Source: Alphaproteobacteria bacterium
GTDB lineage: Bacteria; Pseudomonadota; Alphaproteobacteria; SP197
DNA length: 64,000 nt
Direction of reading: 5' to 3'
NCBI GenBank assembly: GCA_965242595.1
Contig: OZ251464.1
Span: 1,278,235 to 1,342,234, forward strand
Shown here: piece after piece, positions 27,409 to 37,254 of the stretch
Layout: every line of letters starts with the position of its first letter
Numbering within the stretch: the stretch's first letter is position 1
Translations under genes and position numbers: made by a program
Notes under the pieces: model-generated
What the model saw: the letters and a program-made list of their open reading frames with translations, nothing else
Databases searched by the model: none
What the model was told of the DNA's origin: nothing

Positions 27409-28686
27409 ATGCACGATATCGCCTGGATACGCGAGAACCCCGACGCCTTCGATGCCGCCTGCGCCCGGCGTGGCCTGGCCGGCGAGGCCGGGCGGCTGCT
27501 GGCCATCGACCGGGCGCAAAGGCAGGCCCGGACCGCCATGCAGGAGTTGCAGCGGCGCCGCAACGCCCTCTCGCGCGCCATCGGCGCCGCCCGGTCCAGG
27601 GGCGAGGATGCGGGCGACGCCATGGCCGAAGTGGCCGCCATCAGGGAACGGGCCGCCGCCCTGGAGAAGGAGGAGGGCGCCCAGGCGGCGGCGTTGCGGG
27701 AAAGGCTGGCCGCCATTCCCAATCTGGTGGACGACACCGTGCCCGAAGGCGGCGACGAGGGCGCCAATGTCGAGCTGCGCCGCTGGGGCAGCCCGCCCGA
27801 CTTCGCCTTCGCGCCCCGCGACCATGCCGAAATCGGCGCCGGCCTGGGGCAGATGGATTTCCAGCGCGCCGCCGCCATGTCCGGCGCCCGCTTCGTGCTG
27901 CTGAAGGGCGCCCTGGCCCGGCTGGAAAGGGCGCTGGCGCTGTTCATGCTGGATCTGCACACGCGCGAGTTCGGCTATGAAGAGGTGTCGGCGCCGCTGC
28001 TGGTGCGCCCGGAAGCCGCCTTCGGCACCGGCAATCTGCCCAAATTCGCCCACGACCTGTTCGTCACCAGCGACGGCCGCTATCTCATCCCCACCGCCGA
28101 GATGACGCTGACCAACATGGCGCGCGAGCGCATCGTGGCCGAAGAGGAGCTGCCCATGCGGCTGACCTCCTTCACGCCCTGTTTTCGCTCCGAAGCGGGC
28201 GCCGCCGGGCGCGACACCAGGGGCATGATCCGCCAGCACCAGTTCTGGAAGGTGGAGCTGGTCTCGATCGCGACCCCGGAGCGATCTGCCAGCGAGCACG
28301 AGCGCATGACGCAATGCGCCGAGGCCGTGCTGCAACGCCTGGGGCTGCCCTATCGGGTGGTGGCGCTGGCCGCCGGCGATATCGGCTTCGCGGCCAGGCG
28401 GACCTACGATCTGGAGGTCTGGCTGCCGGGCCAGGGGCGCTATCGCGAGATTTCCAGCTGTTCCAACTGCGGCGATTTCCAGGCCCGGCGCATGGGCGCC
28501 CGCTGCCGGCCCGGGGCTGGCAAGCGGACTCGCTTCGTGCATACGCTGAACGGTTCGGGGGTGGCGGTCGGGCGCGCCCTGATTGCGGTGCTGGAGAACT
28601 TCCAGACCGAAGATGGCCAGGTGATCGTGCCGGAGGCGCTGCGGCCCTATATGCACGGCGTGGAACGGCTGCGTCCGGCGGCCTGA
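27409..28686 (+). CDS. serS: Serine--tRNA ligase
   Basis: N-terminal coiled-coil region, then class II motifs (...[25 protein letters not shown]..., ...[16 protein letters not shown]). Confidence 0.9.
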   Translation: MHDIAWIRENPDAFDAACARRGLAGEAGRLLAIDRAQRQARTAMQELQRRRNALSRAIGAARSRGEDAGDAMAEVAAIRERAAALEKEEGAQAAALRERLAAIPNLVDDTVPEGGDEGANVELRRWGSPPDFAFAPRDHAEIGAGLGQMDFQRAAAMSGARFVLLKGALARLERALALFMLDLHTREFGYEEVSAPLLVRPEAAFGTGNLPKFAHDLFVTSDGRYLIPTAEMTLTNMARERIVAEEELPMRLTSFTPCFRSEAGAAGRDTRGMIRQHQFWKVELVSIATPERSASEHERMTQCAEAVLQRLGLPYRVVALAAGDIGFAARRTYDLEVWLPGQGRYREISSCSNCGDFQARRMGARCRPGAGKRTRFVHTLNGSGVAVGRALIAVLENFQTEDGQVIVPEALRPYMHGVERLRPAA

Positions 28687-28690
28687 AGCG

Positions 28691-29467
28691 GTGCGCATCC
28701 TCCTTACCAACGACGACGGCATCGGCGCCGAGGGCCTGGACTGCCTGGAAGCCATCGCCGCCCAGCTTTCCAGCGAGGTCTATGTCGTGGCCCCGCAAAC
28801 CGAACAAAGCGGCAAAAGCCATGCCGTTTCCCTGCGCGCGCCCCTGAGGCTGCACCGCCATGGCGCGCGCCGCTTCAGCACCGACGGCACGCCGGCCGAT
28901 TGCGTCGTCATGGGTGTGCGCCATGTCATGGCCGAAGGCGGGGTGGATCTGCTGCTTTCCGGCGTCAATCGCGGGGCCAATCTGGCCGACGACGTCACCT
29001 ATTCCGGCACGGTGGCGGCCGCCATGGAAGGGGCGCTGCTGGGGGTGCCGTCCATCGCGCTGAGCCAGGAATATCCGCCCGACGGCCCCTTCGGCTGGGA
29101 GGCGGCGCGGCATTTCGGCGCCGGCATCGTCGCCCGTCTGCTGGAGGTCGGCTGGCCGGAAGACGCCCTGATCAACGTCAACTTCCCGCCGCTGGCCCCC
29201 GGCGAGGTGGCGGGCGCGGTCTGTTGCCGCCAGGGCCGCCACGATTTCTCCGCCCTGCGCCCCGAACGGCGCACCGATCCCTTCGGGCGCGCCTATTTCT
29301 GGCCCGGCGGCTGGGGCCTGGATATGCGCGTGCGCCGCTCCCGCGCGGGCACCGACATCCACGCCCTGGGCCACAACCGCATCGCCATCACGCCCCTGGC
29401 GCTGGACCTGACCCATGGCGCCGCCCTGAAGCGGCTTTCCCGCGCCTTTCCCGGCGCTTTTCCATGA
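28691..29467 (+). CDS. surE: 5-prime/3-prime-nucleotidase SurE
   Basis: MRILLTNDDGIGAEGL...VVAPQTEQSG...SGVNRGANLADDVTYSGTVAAAMEG. Confidence 0.85.
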   Translation: MRILLTNDDGIGAEGLDCLEAIAAQLSSEVYVVAPQTEQSGKSHAVSLRAPLRLHRHGARRFSTDGTPADCVVMGVRHVMAEGGVDLLLSGVNRGANLADDVTYSGTVAAAMEGALLGVPSIALSQEYPPDGPFGWEAARHFGAGIVARLLEVGWPEDALINVNFPPLAPGEVAGAVCCRQGRHDFSALRPERRTDPFGRAYFWPGGWGLDMRVRRSRAGTDIHALGHNRIAITPLALDLTHGAALKRLSRAFPGAFP

Positions 29468-30105
29468 GCGGTGGCGAGGCCCCTTTCCTGCGGCTGCTGA
29501 TGGAGCTGCGCAGCCAGGGCATCCACGACATGGCCGTGCTGCGGGCGCTGGAGGCGACGCCGCGCGATCTGTTCGTGCCGGGCGAGCTGGCCAGCCAGGC
29601 CTGGGAGAACACGGCGCTGCCGATCGGCTGCGGCCAGACCGTCAGCCAGCCCATCGTGGTGGCGCTGATGACCCAGAAGCTGGCCCTGGAAAAGCATATG
29701 CGGGTGCTGGAGGTGGGCACCGGCTCGGGCTATCAGGCGGCGATTCTGGCCCGCCTGGCGGCGCGGGTCTATACGGTGGAACGCCATGGCGAGCTGCTGC
29801 GCCAGGCGCAGCGCCGTTTCGACGCCCTGGCGCTCCACAATGTCACCACCATGCGCGGCGACGGCGCCAGGGGCTGGCCGCGCCAGGCGCCGTTCGACAG
29901 AATCGTGGTGACGGCCGCCGCCCGGCGCATGCCGGAGGCGCTGATCCGGCAGCTGACGCCGGGCGGTACCATGGTCGTGCCGGTGGGCGAAGACATGTGG
30001 AGCCAGAAGCTCAACCATGTCGAGCGGCTGGACGATGGCTATCGATGCGAGGCCTTTCTCGATGTGCGTTTCGTGCCGCTGGTGGAAGGCGCCGACAGGC
30101 CTTGA
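29464..30105 (+). CDS. pcm: Protein-L-isoaspartate O-methyltransferase
   Basis: VLEVGTGSGYQAAILARLA SAM motif. ATGA overlap with surE. surE-pcm-nlpD order as in many proteobacteria. Confidence 0.85.
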   Translation: MSGGEAPFLRLLMELRSQGIHDMAVLRALEATPRDLFVPGELASQAWENTALPIGCGQTVSQPIVVALMTQKLALEKHMRVLEVGTGSGYQAAILARLAARVYTVERHGELLRQAQRRFDALALHNVTTMRGDGARGWPRQAPFDRIVVTAAARRMPEALIRQLTPGGTMVVPVGEDMWSQKLNHVERLDDGYRCEAFLDVRFVPLVEGADRP

Positions 30106-30121
30106 ACGGGCGCGGCGGGCC

Positions 30122-31117
30122 GTGGCGCGCTTTGCCCGCCGCCGGCTGCCCCCCCCGGCCACCGTCACGGCCGGCATCCTGGCCGCGGCGCTGCTGGCGG
30201 CGTGCAGCCAGCCGCCGGCCCCGGTCACCTTCGGCGCCTCGTCGGGCGGGGCCAGCCCGCCGCTGCCGCCCGAACTGCCGCCCCAATTGCCGATAACGGA
30301 CCATGCCGGCGCCGTTCCGCCTCTGCCCGGGTTCAAACCGCAACCGCCCGCCGCCGCGCCGGCCCAGGGCGGCGACGAGGCCCCCCTGGCCGACGATCTC
30401 ATCGCCCATATCGAGGCGATCCTGCTGGCCGAGGAGGCCCAGGGCGAACCGCAGCCGGTGGCGACCCAGACCCTGGAGACGGAGGCCGGAACGGTGGTGG
30501 TTCTCACCGTGGCGTCCGGCGATACCCTCTACGGGCTGGCGCGGCGGCTGGGCGTCACCGCCCGCCAGCTGATCGAGGCCAACGGCCTGGCGGCGCCCTA
30601 CGACCTGCTGATCGGGCAGAAGCTGAAGGTGCCGGCCGCCGGCGCTGCCGCCGCGCCGCCGGCCCCAGATGCCAGCCCGCCGCCGGTGACCGGGCCGGTC
30701 GAGGCGCCGCCGCTCCCCGCCTCCCGGGCCGATGGCGAACTACGCTTCGCCTGGCCGGTGGCGGGCCGCGTCATCTCCTCCTTCGGGCCGAAAAGCGGCG
30801 GGCGCCACAACGACGGCATCAACATCGCCGCCCCGGCCGGCACGCCGGTGCGGGCGGCGGAGGACGGCGTGGTCGCCTATGCCGGCGACGAGCTGCGAGG
30901 CTATGGCAATCTGGTGCTGCTGCGCCACGCCGATGGCTGGGTCAGCGCCTATGCCCACAACGCCGAAAACCTGGTCTCGCGCGGCCAGACCGTGTTGCGG
31001 GGCGACGTCATCGCCAGCGTCGGGGCCAGCGGCGGCGTCACCCACCCCCAATCCCATTTCGAACTGCGCCGCGGCACCGAAGCCGTGGACCCGCTGCCCC
31101 ATCTGGGCAGCCCTTAG
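30122..31117 (+). CDS. nlpD: LysM + M23 peptidase lipoprotein (NlpD-like)
   Basis: Lipobox LLAAC. LysM segment VASGDTLYGLARRLGVTARQLIEANGL. M23 motifs HNDGINIAAPAGTPVRAAEDGVV...GNLVLLRHADGWVSAYAH...HFELRRG. Confidence 0.75.
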   Translation: MARFARRRLPPPATVTAGILAAALLAACSQPPAPVTFGASSGGASPPLPPELPPQLPITDHAGAVPPLPGFKPQPPAAAPAQGGDEAPLADDLIAHIEAILLAEEAQGEPQPVATQTLETEAGTVVVLTVASGDTLYGLARRLGVTARQLIEANGLAAPYDLLIGQKLKVPAAGAAAAPPAPDASPPPVTGPVEAPPLPASRADGELRFAWPVAGRVISSFGPKSGGRHNDGINIAAPAGTPVRAAEDGVVAYAGDELRGYGNLVLLRHADGWVSAYAHNAENLVSRGQTVLRGDVIASVGASGGVTHPQSHFELRRGTEAVDPLPHLGSP

Positions 31118-31245
31118 GCGGGAAGCGGCCGGCGCCGGAATAGCAGTTGTGAGCAGGCAGGAAAATCTATTGTGCCGACGCGATCTCAAACTACCGCTTT
31201 GTAGCATTTCTCTTCAGCATTGGGCGGACAACGCTCTGTGAAACA

Positions 31246-32055
31246 TCATACCTCCACACACTCAAAGCGCAGTTGATTTTCCGTGACCTGCTTGTCATGG
31301 GGCACCGTGCATACCCGTAGGCAAGGAACGAAAGCCTGCCCGCAAACAGCCCATTTCTTATTCCAAACACCGTCTGGGAACAGACGTCGGCTATGACTCG
31401 TTACATGCCTTCCCCAACACGTGCTATCGGTGAACGGTCTCCCGAGATCCTCTACGTCTGTTGCTTTGAGAAATCCCAAATAAACAAGAACCACTGGATA
31501 ACCCAGTTCGGTGAGTTTCCAGGACCAGGAGAAACGGTTGGATATCTGATAGCAGAGGTCGCGCGATAGTGACCAATCATGTCCTGTCGCTTTCGTTAAG
31601 GCCATACTGGCCTCACAAATACATTTTTCAATTCGTTTGTGATTGCGTCGGGAGTCTTCACTCGCATCAGATTTTAATGGTTTACCATTGAGACTCAATT
31701 CTTTTGTGTGAGCTTTTGCTTCGACGAGAAGTAATCCCCTTGCGCCATCAATTTTGCAAGTACTGGCGATATCGAAGTTCGGAGTATTAGGGTTATTAGA
31801 ACTCACTGCAATCCACCAATGGCATAAAGTATCTTGATCCTTCTCCGGCAACAGGGGTGATCGATCCAAACGTGCTTCCTCGGTCCGACAAAATCCTTGT
31901 GGTAGCCAGCTGTCATTCGCCGACACTTCGATCCATGGTGCAGCCAGCTTCGTCAAGCGCGCGGCGACTTCCTCAGGCTTCCCATGAGTAAGCCAGTGGC
32001 AACGTGGCTTACTTCCTCTACGCCCTTTCGCGGGCAGCTTATTGAGCAGGCTCAT
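31246..32055 (-). CDS. PD-(D/E)xK nuclease-like protein (candidate restriction/defence endonuclease) in a low-GC islet
   Basis: About 48-50% GC versus about 70% in the flanks. Motif ...NTPNFDIASTCKIDGARGLLLVEAKAH... fits D-x(n)-E-x-K of the restriction endonuclease-like fold. The 270-aa ORF starts MSLLNKLPAKGRR. An alternative start lies 19 codons upstream. A 13-codon upstream mini-ORF with a good SD overlaps the start. Confidence 0.6.
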   Translation of the reverse strand: MSLLNKLPAKGRRGSKPRCHWLTHGKPEEVAARLTKLAAPWIEVSANDSWLPQGFCRTEEARLDRSPLLPEKDQDTLCHWWIAVSSNNPNTPNFDIASTCKIDGARGLLLVEAKAHTKELSLNGKPLKSDASEDSRRNHKRIEKCICEASMALTKATGHDWSLSRDLCYQISNRFSWSWKLTELGYPVVLVYLGFLKATDVEDLGRPFTDSTCWGRHVTSHSRRLFPDGVWNKKWAVCGQAFVPCLRVCTVPHDKQVTENQLRFECVEV

Positions 32056-32150
32056 GGTATGTCCATTTGGTCGCGCGCATGGTTGCCTCTCTACCTGTAT
32101 GTCGCTTGACATGCAAGCTGAACTGGCTTCCTCGTTCCAGGCCGCCCCGT

Positions 32151-33035
32151 TCAATCCAGCCTGCGGCCCAGGCGGCCTGCCAGGTCCTGGATGAACTGCC
32201 AGGCGACGCGGCCGGAGCGGGCGCCGCGGCCGGCTTGCCAGGCGATCGCCTGGGCGTGGAGGGCGGGGGTTGCGACCGCGAGGCCGAAATGGGTGGCATA
32301 GCCCTCGACGATGGCGAGATAGGTCGGCTGGTCGCAGCCATGGATGCCCAGCCACAGGCCGAAGCGGTCGGAAAGCGAGACCTTTTCCTCCACCGCTTCC
32401 CCCGGCGCGATGGCCGTGGAGCGTTCGTTCTCCATCATGTCGCGCGGCATCAGATGGCGCCGGTTGGAGGTGGCGTAGAACAGCACGTTGTCCGGGCGGC
32501 CCTCGATGCCGCCTTCCAGCACCGCCTTGAGCGATTTGAAGGCGGCGTCGCCGGCCTCGAAGGAGAGGTCGTCGCACAGCAGGATGGCGCGGCGGTCGGT
32601 TCCGCGCAGGCGGGCCAGGAGGCGGGGCAGGGTGGCGAGGTCGTCGCGGTGGATCTCGATCAGCGCCAGGGGGGCATCGGTGTCGGCCTGGGCGGCGATA
32701 TGGGCGTTGACGTGGGCGTGCACCGCCTTCACCAGGCTGGATTTGCCCATGCCGCGCGCGCCCCACAGCAGGGCGTTGTTGGCCGGCAGGGCGCGGGCGA
32801 AACGCCCGGTGTTGGCGAGCAGCGCCCGTTTGGCCGCCTCGATCCCCCGCAGCAGGGCCAGTGGCACATGCCTCACCCGGGCCACGGCGCGCAGGGTGCC
32901 GGACTGGGGCTGCCAGACGAAGGCGTCGCCCGCATCCAGGGCATCGTCGCGGGCCGGTGGCGGCGCCATGCGTTCCAGCGCCGCGGCGATGCGCGCCAGA
33001 AGCTCGCCGCCCGGAAGCTCATCATGAGTGCTCAT
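32151..33035 (-). CDS. AAA-type ATPase of the DUF815 family
   Basis: Walker A LLWGARGMGKSSLVKAV, Walker B-like ILLCDDLSFE, about 295 aa. Host-like GC. Divergent from yajC. Confidence 0.65.
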   Translation of the reverse strand: MSTHDELPGGELLARIAAALERMAPPPARDDALDAGDAFVWQPQSGTLRAVARVRHVPLALLRGIEAAKRALLANTGRFARALPANNALLWGARGMGKSSLVKAVHAHVNAHIAAQADTDAPLALIEIHRDDLATLPRLLARLRGTDRRAILLCDDLSFEAGDAAFKSLKAVLEGGIEGRPDNVLFYATSNRRHLMPRDMMENERSTAIAPGEAVEEKVSLSDRFGLWLGIHGCDQPTYLAIVEGYATHFGLAVATPALHAQAIAWQAGRGARSGRVAWQFIQDLAGRLGRRLD

Positions 33036-33138
33036 GGCGGCGGACCCTAGTCCGGATCGCGGCGGCGGGGTAGCGCGGCGCTTGCATCCGCCGGGCGGGT
33101 GGCTATAGTCCGCCACCTCCAAGACATCGGAGACCACC

Positions 33139-33507
33139 ATGCTGATTGCCGAGGCTTATGCGCAGGAGGTCGGCGGCGCCGGCGGCGGGTTCGACCCCAT
33201 CTTCCTGATCATGATGGTCGCCATGTTCGGCGTCTTCTGGTTCCTGGTGATTCGCCCCCAGTCGAAGCGCACCAAGGAGCATCGGGCCATGCTGAGCGCC
33301 ATCAGGCGCGGCGACCATGTGGTCACCAATGGCGGCATCATGGGCCGCGTCGCCCGCCTGGAAGGCGACGGCGTGCTGATCCTGGAGATCGCCCCCAATG
33401 TGCGGGTGAAGTGTCAGCAGTCCATGATCGCCAGCATGGCGGCCCGGCCCGAGCCGCGAGCGGCCGAGAAGGACGACGAGGACGGCGGCGACCGCAAGGA
33501 CGGCTGA
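33139..33507 (+). CDS. yajC: Preprotein translocase subunit YajC
   Basis: FLIMMVAMFGVFWFLVIRPQSKRTKEHRAMLSAIRRGDHVVTNGGIMGRV; SD GGAGA. Confidence 0.85.
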   Translation: MLIAEAYAQEVGGAGGGFDPIFLIMMVAMFGVFWFLVIRPQSKRTKEHRAMLSAIRRGDHVVTNGGIMGRVARLEGDGVLILEIAPNVRVKCQQSMIASMAARPEPRAAEKDDEDGGDRKDG

Positions 33508-33519
33508 TCCCGCCGGCCG

Positions 33520-35076
33520 ATGCTGAAATTCCCCGTCTGGAAGATCTGGACCGTCGCCATCGTCTGCGGGCTGGGCGCGCTGTTCGCCGCGCCCAATCTG
33601 CTGGGGCCGGGCAGCCTGCCCGCCTGGCCGCCGTTGAAGCGCATCAGCCTGGGCCTCGATCTTTCCGGTGGCGCCCATCTGCTGCTCCAGATCGACGAAG
33701 CGGTCTATGTCACCGACCGGCTGGGCTCGGTGGAACAGGACATCCGCCGCCGCCTGCGGAGCGAGCGCATCGGCGTGCGGGTGGCGCCCGGCGGCGAAAG
33801 GCAGCTTTCCTTCGTGCTGCGCGATGCCGCCGACGCTGCCGCCGCCCGCGACGAGCTGGCGGAGATCGCCGACGATGTCATCGTCACAGTCGCCGACGAC
33901 GGCAGCATCGCCGCCACCATGACGGAAGAGGGCCTGACGGCGGGCCTGGGCGATGCCGTCGAGCGCACTCTGGAAGTGCTGCGCGACCGCATCGACCCGG
34001 AAGGCGTGCTGGAGCCGGCGATCGCCCGCCAGGGGCGCGACCGCATCCTGGTGCAGGTGCCGGGCATCGAGGATACCCAGACGCTGCGCGATCGCCTGGG
34101 GCAGACCGCCAAGCTCACCTTCCACATGGTCGATTCCCAGGCCGATTACCGGGCGGCGCTGGAAGGCGTGCTGCCCATAGGCTCGGTGCTGCTGCCCTCC
34201 GGCGATCCGGGCGGGCCGGAATCCTATGTGGTGCGCAGTGAATCCCTGGTCAGCGGCGAGAATCTGGAAAACGCGGTCGGCAGCTTCGATCAGGGCCGCC
34301 CGGTGGTGGCCTTTTCCTTCGACAGCGTGGGCGCCGGCCATTTCTGCGATGTCACCACCGACAATGTCGGGCGCCTTCTGGCCATCGTGCTGGACGGCAG
34401 GGTGATCAGCGCGCCGCGCATCAACGGCCCCATCTGCCAGGGCAACGGCATCATCACCGGCTCCTTCAGCGTGCGCGAAACCGAGGAGCTCGCCATTCTG
34501 CTGCGCGCCGGCGCCCTGCCGGTGCCGCTGACGGTGGTGGAGGAGCGCACGGTAGGGCCGACACTGGGCGCCGATTCCATCCGCGCCGGGCGCATCGCCG
34601 CCGCCATCGGCTTCGTCGCGGTGGTGGTGTTCATGGCCGCCTGCTACGGGCGCTTCGGGCTGTTCGCCAATGCGGCGCTGATCGCCAATCTGGTGCTGAT
34701 CGTGGGCGCGCTGTCGCTGTTGCAGGCGACGCTGACGCTGCCCGGCATCGCCGGCATCGTGCTCACCGTCGGCATGGCGGTGGATGCCAATGTGCTGATC
34801 TTCGAGCGCATCCGCGAAGAGGCGGGCCACGGGCGCACGCCCTTCAACGCCGTGGAAACCGGCTTTCGCCGCGCCATGACCACCATTCTGGACGCCAATA
34901 TCACCACGGCGGTGGCGGCCTTTCTGCTGTTCTTCCTGGGTTCCGGCCCGGTGCGCGGCTTCGGCGCCACGCTGGCGATCGGCATCGTCACCTCCATGTT
35001 CACGGCCATCATGCTGACGCGCATGCTGGTCTATCTGTGGCTGCGGCGCGCCCGCCCGCAGGCTCTCCCGCTGTGA
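33520..35076 (+). CDS. secD: Protein translocase subunit SecD
   Basis: 518 aa. N-terminal TM, large periplasmic domain, C-terminal six TM with ...LTLPGIAGIVLTVGMAVDANVLIFERIREE... Confidence 0.9.
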   Translation: MLKFPVWKIWTVAIVCGLGALFAAPNLLGPGSLPAWPPLKRISLGLDLSGGAHLLLQIDEAVYVTDRLGSVEQDIRRRLRSERIGVRVAPGGERQLSFVLRDAADAAAARDELAEIADDVIVTVADDGSIAATMTEEGLTAGLGDAVERTLEVLRDRIDPEGVLEPAIARQGRDRILVQVPGIEDTQTLRDRLGQTAKLTFHMVDSQADYRAALEGVLPIGSVLLPSGDPGGPESYVVRSESLVSGENLENAVGSFDQGRPVVAFSFDSVGAGHFCDVTTDNVGRLLAIVLDGRVISAPRINGPICQGNGIITGSFSVRETEELAILLRAGALPVPLTVVEERTVGPTLGADSIRAGRIAAAIGFVAVVVFMAACYGRFGLFANAALIANLVLIVGALSLLQATLTLPGIAGIVLTVGMAVDANVLIFERIREEAGHGRTPFNAVETGFRRAMTTILDANITTAVAAFLLFFLGSGPVRGFGATLAIGIVTSMFTAIMLTRMLVYLWLRRARPQALPL

Positions 35077-36014
35077 TGGCGCGCTTCAGAACCATGAAGC
35101 GAATCGTCCTGGTTCCCGCCGGCCTGCGCCTGCCCTTCATGCGCCTGCATCGGGTGGCGGCGGCGCTTTCCGCCACGCTGCTGGCGGCCTCGCTGGCGCT
35201 GCTGGTCGCGGTCGGCCTCAATTTCGGCATCGATTTCCGCGGCGGCACGCTGATCGAAATCGCCACCCCCGCGGCCCCCGATCTCGCGGCCATGCGCTCC
35301 GGCCTCAATGCCCTGGGCATGGGGGATATCGCCTTGCAGGAATTCGGGGCGCCCAACGACATCCTGATCCGCCTGCCGCTGCTGGCCGGGGACGAGGCGG
35401 CGCAGCAGCAGGCGGTGGACAGGGTGCAGGATGCGCTGGGCGCCATGTTCCCGGAGATCGACTATCGCCGCATCGAGTTCGTCGGCCCCCAGGTCTCCGG
35501 CGAGCTGATCGAGAAGGGCGCCCAGGCGGTGCTGGTCGCGCTGCTGCTGATGGCGATCTACATCTGGTTCCGGTTCGAATGGCAGTTCGGCGTCGGCGCG
35601 CTGCTGGCCCTGGCCCACGATGTCGGGCTGACGCTGGGCCTGCTGGCCCTGCTCCAGGTCGATTTCGACCTGCCGGTGGTGGCCGCCCTGCTCACCATCG
35701 TCGGCTATTCCATGAACGACACCGTGGTGGTCTATGACCGCATCCGCGAAAATCTGCGCAAATACAAGCAGGAGGCCATGCCGGCGCTGATCGACCGCTC
35801 GCTGTCCGAAACCCTGGCGCGGACGGTGATGACCAGCGCCACCACGCTGCTGGCCCTGCTGGCGCTTTATCTCTTCGGCGGCGAGGTCATCGCGCCCTTC
35901 GTCCTGGCCATGATCTGGGGCGTGGCGGTCGGCACCTATTCCTCGCTGTTCATCGCCGCGCCGCTGCTGCTCTATGTCAAGCCGGTGCGCGAGGCCGCCG
36001 GCGAGGAGGGGTGA
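35076..36014 (+). CDS. secF: Protein translocase subunit SecF
   Basis: GIDFRGGTLIEI...AHDVGLTLGLLALLQVDFDLPVVAALLTIVGYSMNDTVVVYDRIREN. TGATG overlap with secD. Confidence 0.85.
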   Translation: MARFRTMKRIVLVPAGLRLPFMRLHRVAAALSATLLAASLALLVAVGLNFGIDFRGGTLIEIATPAAPDLAAMRSGLNALGMGDIALQEFGAPNDILIRLPLLAGDEAAQQQAVDRVQDALGAMFPEIDYRRIEFVGPQVSGELIEKGAQAVLVALLLMAIYIWFRFEWQFGVGALLALAHDVGLTLGLLALLQVDFDLPVVAALLTIVGYSMNDTVVVYDRIRENLRKYKQEAMPALIDRSLSETLARTVMTSATTLLALLALYLFGGEVIAPFVLAMIWGVAVGTYSSLFIAAPLLLYVKPVREAAGEEG

Positions 36015-36364
36015 CGCCCGCGCGCAAGACCGTCACCGCCTATGGCGACGGAGGCTTCCGCATCGCCGGGGAACGCATCGCGGGCTCAGCGATCGTCTTC
36101 CCCGACCGCGCTATCCCCTGGCCGGTCGCCGCCATCGCCGAAGTCGGCCTGGAAAGCCTCGCTCCGGTGGTGGAGGCGGGCAGGATCGAGATTCTGCTGC
36201 TGGGCTGCGGCCAGGCGGCGCCGCCCGTCGGGCGCGAGCTCGTCGCCGCCCTGCGCCGCCACGGCATCGCCATCGACGCCATGACCACCGGCGCCGCCTG
36301 CCGCAGCTTCAATCTGCTGGTGGCCGAAGGCCGCCCGGTGGCGGCGGCGCTGATCGCCGTTTAG
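36011..36364 (+). CDS. Mth938-like (DUF498/NDUFAF3-like) domain protein
   Basis: 117 aa with the G..I.G..H..ILLLGCG pattern (IEILLLGCGQA). Its position after secF is conserved in alphaproteobacteria (established knowledge). Confidence 0.55.
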   Translation: MTPARKTVTAYGDGGFRIAGERIAGSAIVFPDRAIPWPVAAIAEVGLESLAPVVEAGRIEILLLGCGQAAPPVGRELVAALRRHGIAIDAMTTGAACRSFNLLVAEGRPVAAALIAV

Positions 36365-36415
36365 GCCCGGAGAAGGGGCGCAGGGAAGGGGGCGCGTGGC
36401 CCCCTCCGCCGCGTC

Positions 36416-36913
36416 TCAGAAATACCAGAGGTTCTGGGCCGATACCATGCAGAACAGCATGGGCAGCGACAGCATGGTGTTGGTTCTGGAAAACAGCATG
36501 GCGGTGCGCGCCGCCGCCTTCTTGGCGTCGGCGTCGGCCTCCACGATGCCCAGCGCCTTCTTCTGGTTGGGCCAGATCACGAACCAGACGTTGAACCACA
36601 TGATCGCGCCCAGCCACATGCCGATGCCGATGGCCGTGCCGACGCCGTCATTGCCGATGCCGACGACGATGGCCTCGAGCAGATAGCCCTCGAAGGCGGC
36701 CAGGAACACGCCGGTGACGATGGTCGCCATGGCGGCCCAGCGGAACCAGAACAGGGCGGTCGGGGCGATCACCTTGCCGATGGCCGGTTTCTGGTCGTCG
36801 GGGATTTTGGGCATGCTGGGGATCTGCACGAAGTTGAAATACCACAGCAGGCCGATCCACATGACGCCCGAGATCACATGCAGCCAGCGGAACAGGAACG
36901 AAAGTTCTTCCAT
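36416..36913 (-). CDS. Small integral membrane protein (4 TM) with PuuD/HemJ-like N-terminal motif WLHVISGVMWIGLLWYFNFV
   Basis: MEELSFLFRWLHVISGVMWIGLLWYFNFVQIP...; excellent SD GAGGAGGAAACACCC. Family not pinned down. Confidence 0.55.
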   Translation of the reverse strand: MEELSFLFRWLHVISGVMWIGLLWYFNFVQIPSMPKIPDDQKPAIGKVIAPTALFWFRWAAMATIVTGVFLAAFEGYLLEAIVVGIGNDGVGTAIGIGMWLGAIMWFNVWFVIWPNQKKALGIVEADADAKKAAARTAMLFSRTNTMLSLPMLFCMVSAQNLWYF

Positions 36914-36936
36914 GGGTGTTTCCTCCTCGGGCCGCG

Positions 36937-37026
36937 TCAGATGGACAGAAGAACGATGGCGACCGCCACCGTCAGGACGCATCCCGCGACAACCGTGGCC
37001 GGCAGCGATTCCAGAATCTTGGTCAT
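36937..37026 (-). CDS. Candidate 29-aa hydrophobic micro-protein (MTKILESLPATVVAGCVLTVAVAIVLLSI)
   Basis: SD GAGGGGGAGC 4 nt before ATG. Single predicted TM. Stop lies 23 bp upstream of the membrane-protein gene start. Confidence 0.35.
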   Translation of the reverse strand: MTKILESLPATVVAGCVLTVAVAIVLLSI

Positions 37027-37254
37027 AAGCTCCCCCTCGGGTGATGTCCGCCGCCCCCGCAGGCCCGCCCGGCATCTGCCGCGGGGCCATGCCGACGAGG
37101 GCACCCGGCCATTGTGCCGTCCCGCCCCCGCCTTGGCAAGCGCCTCCGCCGCCATGGCACAGGGGGAGCCAGCCTGCCTCGCGCCCGCCCTGGGCCGGCC
37201 GGCGGGGCAGGCGCGGCGCTAGAGGATCCCCGCCCGCTTCAGCTTCGCCCTCAA

